64,000 nucleotides of DNA from Dictyostelium discoideum. Taxonomy: Eukaryota. A program made the position numbers and the translations under genes. The notes under the pieces were generated by a model. That model was not told the DNA's origin, ran no database searches, and saw only the letters and a program-made list of their open reading frames with translations. Where the stretch lies: positions 3,200,001-3,264,000 of the forward strand of contig CM000154.2 in assembly GCA_000004695.1 (NCBI GenBank), read 5' to 3'. Shown here piece after piece: positions 12,361 to 25,322 of the stretch; within the stretch, counting starts at the first letter, position 1; each line of letters begins with the position of its first letter.

Positions 12361-12934
12361 CAATCCTTAAATAAACCCAATTTATTTTTGAATTTTTAAA
12401 ACTCTTTTCAGGATTTTATTTTTAAAACCTAAGGGGGGAATTTTTTAAAATAATATTAAAAAAATAAAAATTTTGTAAAAAAAAGGTAAACCAAATAAAA
12501 AATTGGAATTCGGGGGTTAAAAAAATTTTTTTTTATTTTTTTAATCAACACTAACCACATTTCCAGGTGATTATGTTCCATGTAGTAGTATTAGTAGTGG
12601 TGGTAGTAGATCCCACAAACTTCAGCTCAACTAAAAACCATTAGATCATCAACATCCTTAGAAATATCAACAAACCTTAAATGATCACCATTATACATGA
12701 AAAATAGTTACATTGAAATGTTTATCCTCAAAATATCACTCACAAACATCAAGATTTGAATTTTTTCTAATAAAAAATAAAAAAAAATTATTATAAAAAA
12801 AAAAAAAAGAAACCATATAAATCTTTGACATATGAAAAAAAAAAAAAAAATGGTTATTTTCATCGAGAGTTTCTTTTCCATTTAACAACACGAAAAAAAA
12901 AAGTATATTAGAAAATAAAAAAAAAAAAAATGGA

Positions 12935-13100
12935 TCGCAAGATATTATTTTTTTCTTAATTTTTTAAGTGATTTTATTTTTTATTTTTTATTTTTTTATT
13001 TTACGATTTTGTTTTTTACCCCTATAAAAAATTTCTAGCCACAAAATTTTAAAAATAATTTTTTTTTTTTTTTTTTATACAAATTAATTTTCCAAACACA
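12935..13100 (+). promoter_or_regulatory. Conserved 5' flank/promoter block of the B-box-FNIP family, TATA-like ccctataaaaaatttc. Nearly identical copy at 16686..16854; partial copy at about 34030..34216.
   Basis: About 165 bp nearly identical between copies, ending at the start codon. Confidence 0.5.
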
Positions 13101-15446
13101 ATGATATCCAATCAAAATATAATAAATAATAATATTGATAATAATAAAAAGTGTACACTTCACCCAAACAAAGATATAATATTCTTTTGTTTAGATTGTA
13201 AATTAATACCATGTTGTATTCAATGTATATCAAGTAAAGGTGAACATCATGGTCATAAAACTGATCCATTAGAATCAACTTCAAATATTCTTTCATTAAT
13301 GAATAATTTTAAAGATGATGTATATCAAAAAGTAATTGACAGAATAGAAACCAATGAAAAAATATTAAAACAATCAAATGATAAATACAATGAAATTCAA
13401 TCACAATTTGATATTAATAATAATTCATTAAAAAAAGAAATTAAAAAAATTCATGATATCATTTCAATCATAGAATTAGATATTCAAAAACAATTAGAAA
13501 CAACCTTTGAAAATAATACATTAATAAATACAATTATAACTTCTTCAATCAATAATGATAATCAAATACTTTCAACTATAATTAATTATAAAAATGAAAA
13601 TGAAAATGAAAATGAAAATGAAAATGAAAATGAAAATGAAAATGAAAATGAAAATGATAATATTACAACCATTGAAAAATTAAATCAAATTATAAAATTT
13701 AATGATCAACAAATTTATGATAATGGAGATGATTTTATTATCGATAGAGATACTATTAAAATTATTAAACAATATCAACAATCATTAATAGTATTAAATA
13801 ATAATAATAATATCGATTATTCAAATAAATTAAATGAATACGATAATCAAATCATTCATTTCAATAATCAGATAATTGATGATATTAAAAATAATTTAAA
13901 ATCAATTTATACCTTAGATAATTGTAGATTTAAAATTGAATTTGATGAAAATAATAATAAATTTTTTAAATGTAAGCTTTAAACAGTTTTTTTTTTTAAT
14001 AAATGATTTTCACATTACTAATTACCAAATATAGGTGATATTAAACAAGAATTAATAATTGGTTCAATTCCTAATACTGTAACGAATATATCTTTAGAAG
14101 ATGGATTCAATCAAAAATTAACACCAGGTATATTACCAGATAGTGATGGATGGTTGAGTTTAGGTGATATTAAACAAGAATTAATAAATGGTTCAATTCC
14201 TAATACTGTAACTCATGTCTCTTTAAAAGATGGATTCAATCAAAAATTAACACCAGGTATATTACCAGATAGTGTTAAATCCTTGTTTATAGGTGATATT
14301 AAACAAGAATTAATGATTGGTTCAATTCCTAATACTGTAACTCATGTCTATTTAGATGATGGATTCAATCAAAAATTAACACCAGGTATATTACCAGATA
14401 GTGTTGAATCGTTGTATTTAGGTGATATTAAACAAGAATTAATAATTGGTTCAATTCCTAATAATGTAACTCATGTCTATTTAATAGATGGATTCAATCA
14501 AAAATTAACACCAGGTATATTACCAGATAGTGTTAAATCGTTGGATTTAGGTGATATTAAACAAGAATTAATAAATGGTTCAATTCCTAATACTGTAAGG
14601 AGTGTCTCTTTAAAAGATGGACTCAATCAAAAATTAACACCAGGTATATTACCAGATAGTGTTAAATTGTTGTATTTAGGTGATATTAAACAAGAATTAA
14701 TAATTGGTTCAATTCCTAATACTGTAACTCATGTATCTTTATTTGATGGATTCAATCCAAAATTAACACCAGGTATATTACCAGATAGTGTTGAATGGTT
14801 GTATTTAGGTGATATTAAACAAGAATTAATAAATGGTTCAATTCCTAATACTGTAAGGAGTGTCTCTCTAAAAGGTGGATTCAATCAAAAATTAACACCA
14901 GGTATATTACCAGATAGTGTTGAATCGTTGGATTTAGGTGATATTAAACAAGAATTAATAATTGGTTCAATTCCTAATACTGTAGCTCGTGTCTCTCTAT
15001 TGGATGGATTCAATCAAAAATTAACACCAGGTATATTACCAGATAGTGTTAAATTGTTGTATTTAGGTGATATTAAACAAGAATTAATAATTGGTTCAAT
15101 TCCTAATACTGTAGCTCGTGTCTCTCTATTGGATGGATTCAATCAAAAATTAACACCAGGTATATTACCAGATAGTGTTGAATGGTTGGATTTATGTGAT
15201 ATTAAACAAGAATTAATGATTGGTTCAATTCCTAATACTGTAGCTCGTGTCTCTTTAAAAGATGGATTCAATCAAAAATTAACACCAGGTATATTACCAG
15301 ATAGTGTTGAATCCTTGTATTTAGGTGATATTAAACAAGAATTAATGATTGGTTCAATTCCTAATACTGTAAAGGAAGTTGATGTTTCCGAAAGTTTTAA
15401 ACTTCAAATTGAACCTTATGTCTCAAAAAATGTAAAAATAATTTAA
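13101..15446 (+). CDS. B-box zinc finger / coiled-coil / FNIP-repeat protein, the apparently intact family member. Exons 13101..13971 and 14035..15446.
   Basis: Exon 1 encodes a Cys/His B-box-like motif ([35 protein letters not shown]) plus a coiled-coil/low-complexity region with (EN)n. GTAAGC donor, atatag acceptor, phase-1 junction into about 19 tandem FNIP repeats ending ..QIEPYVSKNVKII. Confidence 0.65.
13598..13663 (+). repeat. (GAAAAT)n hexanucleotide repeat encoding (EN)n; copies also at about 17297..17368 and 34798..34850
   Basis: Direct reading. Confidence 0.9.
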
Positions 15447-15619
15447 TAAGGAATTTGCAGAGTGCTTTATTTTTAATGTTGAATTAAAAAATTTCTAGAA
15501 CTGTAAATGTTTCCAAAAGTTTTAAACTACAAAAAAAATCAACATAATGTAACAACTACTAGTCAAATTTTACAAGAAATTAAACCAACTAAACAATTAA
15601 CTAAACAAGAAACTGAAGC

Positions 15620-16171
15620 ATGCAATTCCAGAGGAACCAATTGAAGAATGTAATAAATCAACTACAACCACTGCAATTAAGATCATCTTCTTCATCTTCT
15701 TCATCTTCTTCATCTTCTTCAACAACAACAAAAACAACAACATCACCACAACAACAACAATTAGATTCGCCATTATCATTACCAGTTAATATTATTAATA
15801 TGCCAATGGATGATGATGAACTTATTAGTGATGGTACAATAAGTGGTGCTTAAACTAATGATGGTATCAATTATTGTACCTTCATTAGTTAAAGAATCAT
15901 CAAGAGAATCATTATTGGCTACAATTATTGATAATTCAACATTATCAACAACACCATCACCATCTCCAAAATTACCAACTCTTGAAAGTGTTGTAACTGC
16001 TAAACCATTGTTACATCATCATCTTCTTCTTCTTCAACCACCACTACTCAAACTAATAAAGTTTCTGGTGGTTCTGCTAAAGAAATTTGGACTAAAATTG
16101 ATCAAAATACTGCACCATCAACTCCATCTAAAATTTTACCAAAAAGATTACCTTCTCAATCAAATCTTAAT

Positions 16172-16254
<83 letters not shown>

Positions 16255-16265
16255 ATAATAATTAA
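15620..16265 (+). CDS. Low-complexity Ser/Thr/Pro/Asn-rich ORF set. Three overlapping frames each read like real protein, suggesting a frameshifted gene or sequence errors. Ends in (AAT)22.
   Basis: ORFs 15620..15853 and 15843..16265, plus a third open frame (IVTSSSSSSTTTTQTNKVSGGSAKEIWTKIDQNTAPSTPSKILPKRLPSQSNLNINNN...). No AT-rich intron separates them. Confidence 0.25.
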
Positions 16266-16854
16266 TTAAATAAATAAACAAAAAGAATAAATAAATAAAA
16301 ACAATAAATAAAAAAAAAAGATAATAAAATAAAACTACAATCTTAATTGAAAAAAAAAAAAAAAATAAATAAATAAATAAAATAAATAAATAAAATAAAA
16401 CTAGTTTTAATAAATCTAAAACTTTGTAAATATGTTTTGAAAAAAAAAAAAAAATTTTATTTTATTGTTTAACTAAATTTGGTTTAAAATTCAAATAAAG
16501 AACTATCTACTCTAAAAAAGAAACCCTTTTCAAATGATAATTGTTGAACACCATTTCTACAATCACTACCATCATGAGTAGAAATAATAAAATTCACTGT
16601 GTTGGGCAGTGAAATTTTATATAAAATTCCCTACAACACCAACTTTTCATTTTTTCATAAAATTTATTAAATTTATTATTAAATTGCGAGTAAGATATTA
16701 TTTTTTTCTTAATTTTTTAAGTGATTTTATTTTTTATTTTTTATTTTTTTATTTTACGATTTTTTTTTTTTACCCTATAAAAAATTTCTAGCCACAAAAT
16801 TTTAAAAATAATTTTTTTTTTTTTTTTTTTATACATATTAATTTTCCAAACACA

Positions 16855-18319
16855 ATGAAATCCAATCAAAATATAATAAATAATAATATTGATAATAATA
16901 AAAAGTGTACACTTCACCCAAACAAAGATATAATATTCTTTTGTTTAGATTGTAAATTAATACCATGTTGTATTCAATGTATATCAAGTAAAGGTGAACA
17001 TCATGGTCATAGAACTGATCCATTAGAATCAACTTCAAATATTCTTTCATTAATGAATAATTTTAAAGATGATATACATCAAAAAGTAATTGACAGAATA
17101 GAAATCAATGAAAAAATATTAAAACAATCAAATGATAAATATAATGAAATTCAATCACAATTTGATATTAATAATAATTCATTAAAAAAAGAAATTAAAA
17201 AAATTCATGATATCATTTCAATCATAGAATTAGATATTAAAAAACAATTATAACTTCTTCAATCAATAATGATAATCAAATACTTTCAACTATAATTAAT
17301 TATAAAAATGAAAATGAAAATGAAAATGAAAATGAAAATGAAAATGAAAATGAAAATGAAAATGAAAATATTACAACCATTGAAAAATTAAATGAAATTA
17401 TAAAATTTAATGATCAACAAATTTATGATAATGGAGATGATTTTATTATTGACAGAGATTCTATTAAAATTATTAAACAATATCAACAATCATTAATAGT
17501 ATTAAATAATAATAATAATATTGATTATTCAAATAAATTAAATGAATACGATAATCAAATCATTCATTTCAATAATCAGATAATTGATGATATTAAAAAT
17601 AATTTAAAATCAATTTATACCTTAGATAATTGTAGATTTAAAATTGAATTTGATGAAAATAATAATAAATTTTTTAAATGTAAGCTTTAAACAGTTTTTT
17701 TTTTAATAAATGATTTTCACATTACTAATTACCAAATATAGGGAATAATTTAAAGTTTTATATTTATATAGAAGGTGGTTTTTTTAAATTTGAGGAAGGT
17801 ATAGCATTCAAAGACAATTGTAATATTTTATCAGAATTAAAAAATAAATTACCATCACATGTAATGCTGTTGGACGGATTCAATCAAAAATTAACACCAG
17901 GTATATTACCAAATCGAGTTAAGTGCTTGTATTTAGGTGATATTAAAAAAGAATTAATAATTGGTTCAATTCCTAATACTGTAACTCTTGTCTCTTTATT
18001 GAATGGATTTAATCAAAAATTAACACCAGGTATATTACCAGATAGTGTTGAATCCTTGAATTTAGGCGATATTAAACAAGAATTAATAATTGGTTCAATT
18101 CCTAATACTGTAACGAATGTATCTTTAAAAGATGGATTCAATCAAAAATTAACACCAGGTATATTACCAGATGGTTTAGAATCGTTGTGTTTAGGTGATA
18201 TTAAACAAGAATTAATAATTGGTTCAATTCCTAATACTGTAAAGAAAGTAAAAGTTTTCCAAAGTTTTAAACATCAAATTGAACCTTATGTCTCAAAAAA
18301 TGTAAAAATAATTCAATAA
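16855..18319 (+). pseudogene. Second B-box-FNIP copy (tandem duplicate of 13101..15446). Exon 1 is frameshifted by a 40-bp deletion; exon 2 (17742..18319) is intact but has only 5 FNIP repeats.
   Basis: Nearly identical to copy 1 through 17250. There, relative to copy 1, the segment gaaacaacctttgaaaataatacattaataaatacaatta is missing between two caatta direct repeats, so the frame is lost. The downstream coding-like sequence is retained out of frame. Confidence 0.55.
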
Positions 18320-18719
18320 GGAATTTGCAGAGTGCTTTATTTTTAATGTTGAATAAAACGATTTCTAGAACTGTAAATGTTTCCAAAAGTTTTAAACTAC
18401 AAAAAAAATCAAATCAAATCAAATCAAAAATCGTTTCTTGTCAAAAAAAAATTAAATTAAATTATACCAAATCAAATTGTTTCTTTTGAAAAAAAAAAAT
18501 AAAAATAAAATAAAAATAAGCCCTGGTGTTTCTGATTTTTTTGCGAATTATATATTTTATTTTATTTTTTTTAATATTTTTTATTTTAATTGTGTGAACA
18601 AATAATAAAATAAAAAAAAAAAAATTGTTCATTAATTTATAATAAATAACAATAATAAATAAAGTTTTTTTATTATACACAAAACAAATGCAAAAATTAA
18701 AAACACAACTTTGCAATAC

Positions 18720-18753
<34 letters not shown>

Positions 18754-19071
18754 ATAATTATTAATCGTCTTTTCAGTTTTTTGATTTCTTTTTATCTGGG
18801 TGATTTATTATTAATATTTTATTTTTTTTATTTTTTTATTTTTTTTTTTATTTTTATTTTTTTTTTTTATTTTTTTTATTTTTTTTATCCCAGTTTATTT
18901 GAAAATAACCTTGCATTTTAAATTTTTTTTTTTTTTTTATTTTTTTTATTTTTAATTCACTTTTTTGCACACCACAAAACACCAAGAAAATATATTTCTT
19001 TTTATTGTTATATTTCCACTCCTCATAATAAAAATCACATTACAATAGATTTATGTTTTAAAAAAAAAAAA

Positions 19072-19102
<31 letters not shown>

Positions 19103-19107
19103 TAAAA

Positions 19108-22061
19108 ATGGTTGCAAAAGAAGATATAGCAAAGTTTTTATTAGGAAAAGGATATTATTTAACAGCATTAGAGTTTTATCAAGAATTATTAGAAGATGAT
19201 GGAACTGAATTAGAATCATTAAAGCAATACTTATTTGGTAATAAAAATGACAATAATAAAAATGACAATAATAATGGTAATGGTAGTGACTTTGATCCAA
19301 TCAAATCAATTAAAGAAAAAAATAAAAAAGAAAATAATAATAATAATAACAATAATGAAAATGAATCAATGAAATTAAAAGATGATAAAATATCATTATT
19401 AGAATATGAATTAAGACAATGTAAAGATGATTTATATAGAGTTAAAGCACAATACAATTTAGTTACTACTAATGGTAAATCTTCATCATCATCATCTTCA
19501 TCTACACAACCATCTTCTACAACTACTTCATCATCATCATCATCAATGAATGGTGTAGCATTATCAATATCAGAAGATGATAAAGATACATTAAAGGAAT
19601 TATCAAAAGAGAGAATTAAACAACATGAACTTAGAATATTGAATTATTTAGTAAAGAGTTATTTAAAAAAGAATAATTATACATTAACAGCAGTTTCAAT
19701 GTCTGAAGAGATTGAAGAGAATTGTCAACATTGGTCAGATGTTATCGGTAGTAAAGGTACACCTGAACCACCTTCAATTCTAACTATGTATCGTTACTTT
19801 TTTGAAAATGGTGATGCTGGTATTCAAGGTGCATTATCACGTTCAATGACTGAAATTACAAAACTTAAAAAAGATCTCTATGAAACTGAATCACAATGGA
19901 GAGAATCAAAAAAAAAGTTACAACAATTTCAAAAAGAAAAAGATGATTTAATTTTAAAAGTAATTAAATAATAAATAAATATAGATAGATATATATATAT
20001 TAACTTTTTTTTTCATTTTTAGAATAAAGAATTTGAAAATAAAATTGAAGAATTTAGTAGAAGAGGATTATTATCACCATTAAGATCATCACAAACATTA
20101 CAACAACAACAACAAACAGATTTAATATCAACAAGTAATAATATAGCATCACCACCAACTCATCAAAATGGTAAAAAACTATCACCAATAATTACAAGTA
20201 GTAATTCAACTATAAATGGTAATGTTGTAAATAATGGTATTGATATTACAAATTTATCAGTGATGAGAAAAACATTTAGAAATTTAATTGAAAAGAGAAG
20301 ACAAACTGTAGCATTTAGAATCGTATCGAATATGGATGATGAGAGTGAGATTTCTGTTAGAATAGCAGAGGAAGTTGATAAGATTAGAACATTGGATTCA
20401 GATAATCAAAGTATAGTAAAGATTGTAGCAGATTCGTTACCAAATATAGTACCAGGTGTGTTGATCAATAAGAGAGAGGAGTTGATACCATTGATATTGG
20501 TGGTGATCTCCAATCACCCCGATGAAACTGTACGTTTCTCATTGACAAAGTTATTATTTAATTTAATAAAGAAACCAAACGAAGTGCAACGTCATGTTAT
20601 AATGAGGGGTTGCATGGCGTTGGCTTCGTTCATCGGTCCACAGCGTACAGAGACTGAAATACTCTCACAATGTTGGGAACAGCTCTCTGAAAAATACCCA
20701 GAACGTAGAGTACTTGTGGCAGATTCTTGCGGTTGTCTATCACAATTTGCAAGTGCAGATTTACGATTGAGTTTGATTCTATCTATACTTCAACAATTGG
20801 GTGAAGATAAGAGTAGTCTAGTTCGAGAAAGTGTTGCAAAGAATTTCGCATTATTGGTAAACTTTTTCGATTCACCTGATAAATACAACCAAATTGAAGA
20901 ATCTTTTAAAAAGTTATTATACGATACAGATGTTGAAGTTTCAATTGCAACTAGATTCCACTTTTTACCATCATTAGCGAATTGGGCAGATCTATTGGAA
21001 TCATTAAATTCAAAATTAACAAATTTCTTATTAACTGAAATGTTATCAATTCTAATTAAATATTCAGCACAAAAAGATGAATTTAAAATTCCAGAACAAG
21101 ATACATTCAAATTAGATCAATTACTTCAATGTTTTATTGATTTAATACCAAGAATTCATCAATCTGTCATTTCTTCTTCAATCTTTATAAATGAAAAAGA
21201 TGCATTACAAATTGAAAATGAATATAATAAACAAGAAGCATTATATCAATTTCAAATTAATAATCAAAATCAAAATAATAATAATAATTCAACTACGACG
21301 ACAACTACAACAACAACTTCTACAAATACAAATAATTCATCATCATCATCAAATTCAACAACAAATAATAATAATAATAATAAAGATAATAAAACAATTG
21401 GTAGTAGTACAATTATAAATTCAGCAATTAGAATTTCAATTTTAGGTAATAATGAAATTTCAAAACTACAATCACAATTTGAAAATTATTTAATGACAAC
21501 AGTTGGTAATGAAGTTTCATCAAGTGGTTGGCCATCATTAGAATGGATTTCAAATGATTTCATTAATAAATTCATTAGAATTATATCATGTATACCATTT
21601 TATAATAGTACAGTGATAACAGGATTTTCAAAAGCATTGAATTTATTCTGTAAAACTTTTGGTACAGTTTTCACTAAACGTATTATAAAGAATGCTTTCA
21701 ATAAAGAGTTTCAAAAAGAATCAAATAACAATAGCAATAGCAGTAGTAGCAGCAATAATAATAATACAACATCAATTAAAAAGAATAGATTATTATCAAT
21801 ATACACTACTGGTGCTTTACAAACTTTAGAATCTTCAGAATTTATCACATTCTTAAAGGATTTAATTGTCCAAATTTCAATGGAAGAAAGAGGTTGGTTA
21901 CATTCTGATATTCCAGCTCTTGTGAAATGTATTGAATTACTTTGTGGTAATGTTTTCGATAAAAAGAAAGATGTTTGTGATTCTTTATGTGATTTAACTG
22001 CTAATCCTTCAAATCAAGTTAGATCTTGTATTTTAAATTTATTAAATTTCATTGTAAATAT

Positions 22062-22105
<44 letters not shown>

Positions 22106-22467
22106 TTAAATAATAAATAAACAAATACTAATGTTATTATTTTTAATTTTTAGATACCAGTATTTAAACCAGAACAAATTGGTCAATCAGTTGTACCATC
22201 ATTAATTACAATGAGTACTGATCCTGATCGTACCGTTAGATTCGTTTGTTTAGGAACATTATCAATTGCTGTATCATTTATAAATGATGATACTGTAATT
22301 GAAAAAGTTGCTGGTGCAATCGATAGAATTTTAGAAGATAAAAATCATATGGTTGAACTTGAATTTGTAAATTCAATGTCGAGAATTATACCAACTGTAA
22401 AACCAAGATTTAGAGATTCATGTATGTTTTATTTTATTTTCAATACTTTATTATTTAATTATTCTAA

Positions 22468-22498
<31 letters not shown>

Positions 22499-22875
22499 AA
22501 AAATAACTATATATAGTTATTTTACCAAGAATTATTGATCTAACTAGAAAAAATAATCATAATCCATCAAATCAACAAAGAAAAGAAATGTCACAATGTT
22601 TATATGAATGTATTAGATCCTATGTGTCAATTACAACAGTACCAAGAGAATTAATTTCTGAACAAGTTTTACCAATGTTAAAATTATTATTAAATGATGC
22701 ATTATTACATGATCCAACATTTAAATCAATGGTACAATCATTGGTTAATGATTTAGAATCTTCAATTAAAGAAGATTTTAGAAATTCAATTGGTGCAAAG
22801 AAAAATACTTCAACCTCTTCAAATAAAATTGATCCTCCAAATAAATGGGGTTTAAGTTGGAAACCAAATAAATAA
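19108..22875 (+). CDS. LisH-domain / coiled-coil / HEAT-repeat protein resembling RELCH (KIAA1468). Four exons: 19108..19959, 20023..22053, 22154..22421, 22517..22875.
   Basis: N-terminal LisH-like KEDIAKFLLGKGYYLTALEFYQELLED. The later exons carry HEAT-like repeats (DETVRFSLTKLL, DPDRTVRFVCLGTL). Introns have GTAATT/GTAAAT/GTATGT donors and tttttag/atatag acceptors, and all junctions keep the frame. Confidence 0.55.
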
Positions 22876-23410
22876 TTAAATTAATAAATAAAATAAAATA
22901 AAATAAAAAAAAAGTAATAATATTAAAAAAAAAAAAAAAAAAAAAGTAAATAAATTAAAGATTAAAATAAAGATATGAAAGTAATAAAATAAAAATAATA
23001 TTTTTTTTTAAGATTTAAAGATATTTTATGGGTTATTTTTTTTTTTTTAACTTGTGTTATGTAATCATAAATATTGTCAAAATTGATTTTATTATTTTTA
23101 ACCTCTAAAAAAAAAAAATAAAAAAATAAAAAAATAAATAAATTAAACAAATATTTAAATAAAAAAAAAAAAAATAAAAAAATAAAAAAGGGGTTTAAAT
23201 TTTAAATAAATGATAACTAAATATTAATAAAAATATTACAATTATTTTTTTAAAATATAAATATTAATTTAATATGTATATTAATTATTATTATTATAAT
23301 AAAAATAATTTTGATTTTAATTTTTAAATACAAATATTAATGTGAATAATAATAAAAAAAGGAAAAAGAAAAAAAAAAAAAAAAAAAAACAAATAAATAA
23401 AATTAAAATA

Positions 23411-24681
23411 ATGAAAATAAATTTATTTTCTTTAAAAATAATAATTATAATTTTAATAATAATTTCAAATTATTCATGTTTTAGTTTTAATTTAAATTAT
23501 TCAAATAATATTAATATTATACAAAAATGTTTTAAATGTTTAAATGTTTCAAAAACTTGTGAAACCATTGAAAATGATCAAATTGTAAAATCAAATAAAA
23601 CATTAATTTGTAGTGATCAACTTGGTTGTAAATCAAGATATTCACAACCATCAATGCATCCAAATAGGACATCAACATGTCATTTACAAGCTAAATATGG
23701 TGATCAATGTGAAACTGCAAGAGGAGGAGATTGTGGTTTTCAAATGATTTGTGATTATCCATTCGATATAACCAGACCACCAATTTGTGTAGGTTTTAAA
23801 GCATTACAATTTGGTGAAAAATGTCTTTGTGATTCTGAATGTGATAGTTTAATTTGTGATGAAAAAACATTAGTTTGTATTGAAAATAAAAATTCATGTA
23901 GAGTTAATCATTATTGGAATGGTACTATTTGTTTGAAAATCTCTGATACTCCATTCAATAATAATTATAATAATAATAACTGTACTTCTAATTCTCATTG
24001 TTCAATTTTTAATATTTGTAATAATGGTACTTGTATTGAAAAATACTCTTTAAAAGAAGATTCTTATTGTACTTCTGATTTGTCATGTGATATTTCAAAT
24101 TCATTAATTGTATGTAATTATTTATAAAAAGTTAAATATTTGCTTTTTGTTATTTTCATTGACTTTTTATTAATTTATTTATTTATTAATTTATTTTTTT
24201 TAAAAAGTGTGATGAAGGAAAATGTAAACCTTTTAAAAAATCAAATACAACAGATTGTCAAAAGGATGGATGTTTATTTGGATATGAATTTTGTAATTGT
24301 GATAGTGGATTATGTGAACAATCTAGGTTATTTAATAGTGAATGTAAGAAACTTCAAATTCAATTAGATGCATGTGTTTATGGAAGATGTGTTTACACTG
24401 GAGGTTATATTTCAAGTAATTCTTGTGTTATGAAAAATTGTGGTAGTTTAGTTTGTCAACATCATACTAAATGTACAAATGGTCCATGTGGTAATAATAA
24501 TTCTTCATTTTGTATATCAAATACTCATACACCAAATAGTAATAATATAGCAACATCTTCTGGGAAAAATCCTATTCCTAATGGAGGTAGTAGTTCTTCA
24601 AATTCTTCAAATACAATTCCAAAGATATCTTTTATTTTCATTATTTTTATAATAAATTTTATATTTTTATTTTTAATATAG
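23411..24681 (+). CDS. Secreted cysteine-rich protein with a GPI-signal-like hydrophobic C-terminus. Exons 23411..24109 and 24208..24681.
   Basis: Signal peptide MKINLFSLKIIIIILIIIS, many regularly spaced Cys (EGF/cysteine-knot-like), GTATGT donor, aaaaag acceptor. C-terminal Ser-rich stretch then IFIIFIINFIFLFLI. Confidence 0.6.
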
Positions 24682-24802
24682 TTTTAATCAATATAAAGAG
24701 AGTTTAAATAAGTACAAAATAGAAATACCAAAATGTTGTGGTTTTAATTTTTTTTTTTTTTTTTTTTTTATTATTATTTGATTAATTAAATGAATTGGAT
24801 CT

Positions 24803-24854
<52 letters not shown>

Positions 24855-25120
24855 GTAAAATAAAAAATTAGAACTTAAAAATAAAAAAAATTTAAAAGGA
24901 GGGATTTTTTTTTTTTTTTAAAAATAACCTTTTTAATTTTTAATTTTTTTTTTTTTTGGGTTGGGTCAGATAATAAAAAATAGGATTATTTTTATTTAAA
25001 AAAAATTTAAATTTTTTAAAAAATCCATGGAAAAAATTTTTCCATTTTTTTTGAAAAAAAGTTTTAAAAAAAGATTAAAAAAAAAAATTTATTTTTTAAA
25101 GGGGGTTTTCGAATTGGTTA

Positions 25121-25157
<37 letters not shown>

Positions 25158-25171
25158 TTTTTGATAGTTTA

Positions 25172-25204
<33 letters not shown>

Positions 25205-25322
25205 TTAATATAATTTTTTAAACAACCCTTTTTTAGATTATATTATTTTTTTTTTTAACTAAACAAATAATTTTTTTTATTTTTTTTTTTTTTTTTTTTT
25301 TAAAAAAAAGAAAAAAAAAAAA

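Larger units (their letters stand above)
12935..18410 (+). repeat. Tandem segmental duplication. Unit of about 3.75 kb (promoter block + B-box-FNIP gene + 3' flank), present as copy 1 (12935..16685) and a partly deleted copy 2 (16686..18410).
   Basis: Promoter blocks at 12935 and 16686. Identical 3' flanks taaggaatttgcagagtgctttatttttaatgttgaat..ctgtaaatgtttccaaaagttttaaactacaaaaaaaatc at 15447..15540 and 18320..18410. Confidence 0.6.

Noticed and set aside
13990-15450. Regular ~66-69-bp DNA periodicity with near-identical units and spacer-like variable parts, superficially CRISPR-like
   Set aside because: The periodicity is the in-frame FNIP protein repeat (22-23 aa) inside a eukaryotic exon. 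The variable parts are codons, and there are no cas genes, no leader and no prokaryotic context.
18462-19457. Several 60-90-aa ORFs rich in F, I, L, K (18462..18716, 18688..18921, 19058..19300, 19179..19457)
   Set aside because: Translations of poly-T/poly-A and AT-rich intergenic or 5'-UTR sequence and of the antisense of the RELCH-like exon 1; no coding signature.
24140-24367. ORF 24140..24367 looked like a separate small gene
   Set aside because: It is the wrong frame over the intron/exon-2 boundary of the cysteine-rich gene. The real exon 2 (24208..24681) is in the frame of ORF 24430..24681 and aligns with the paralog.
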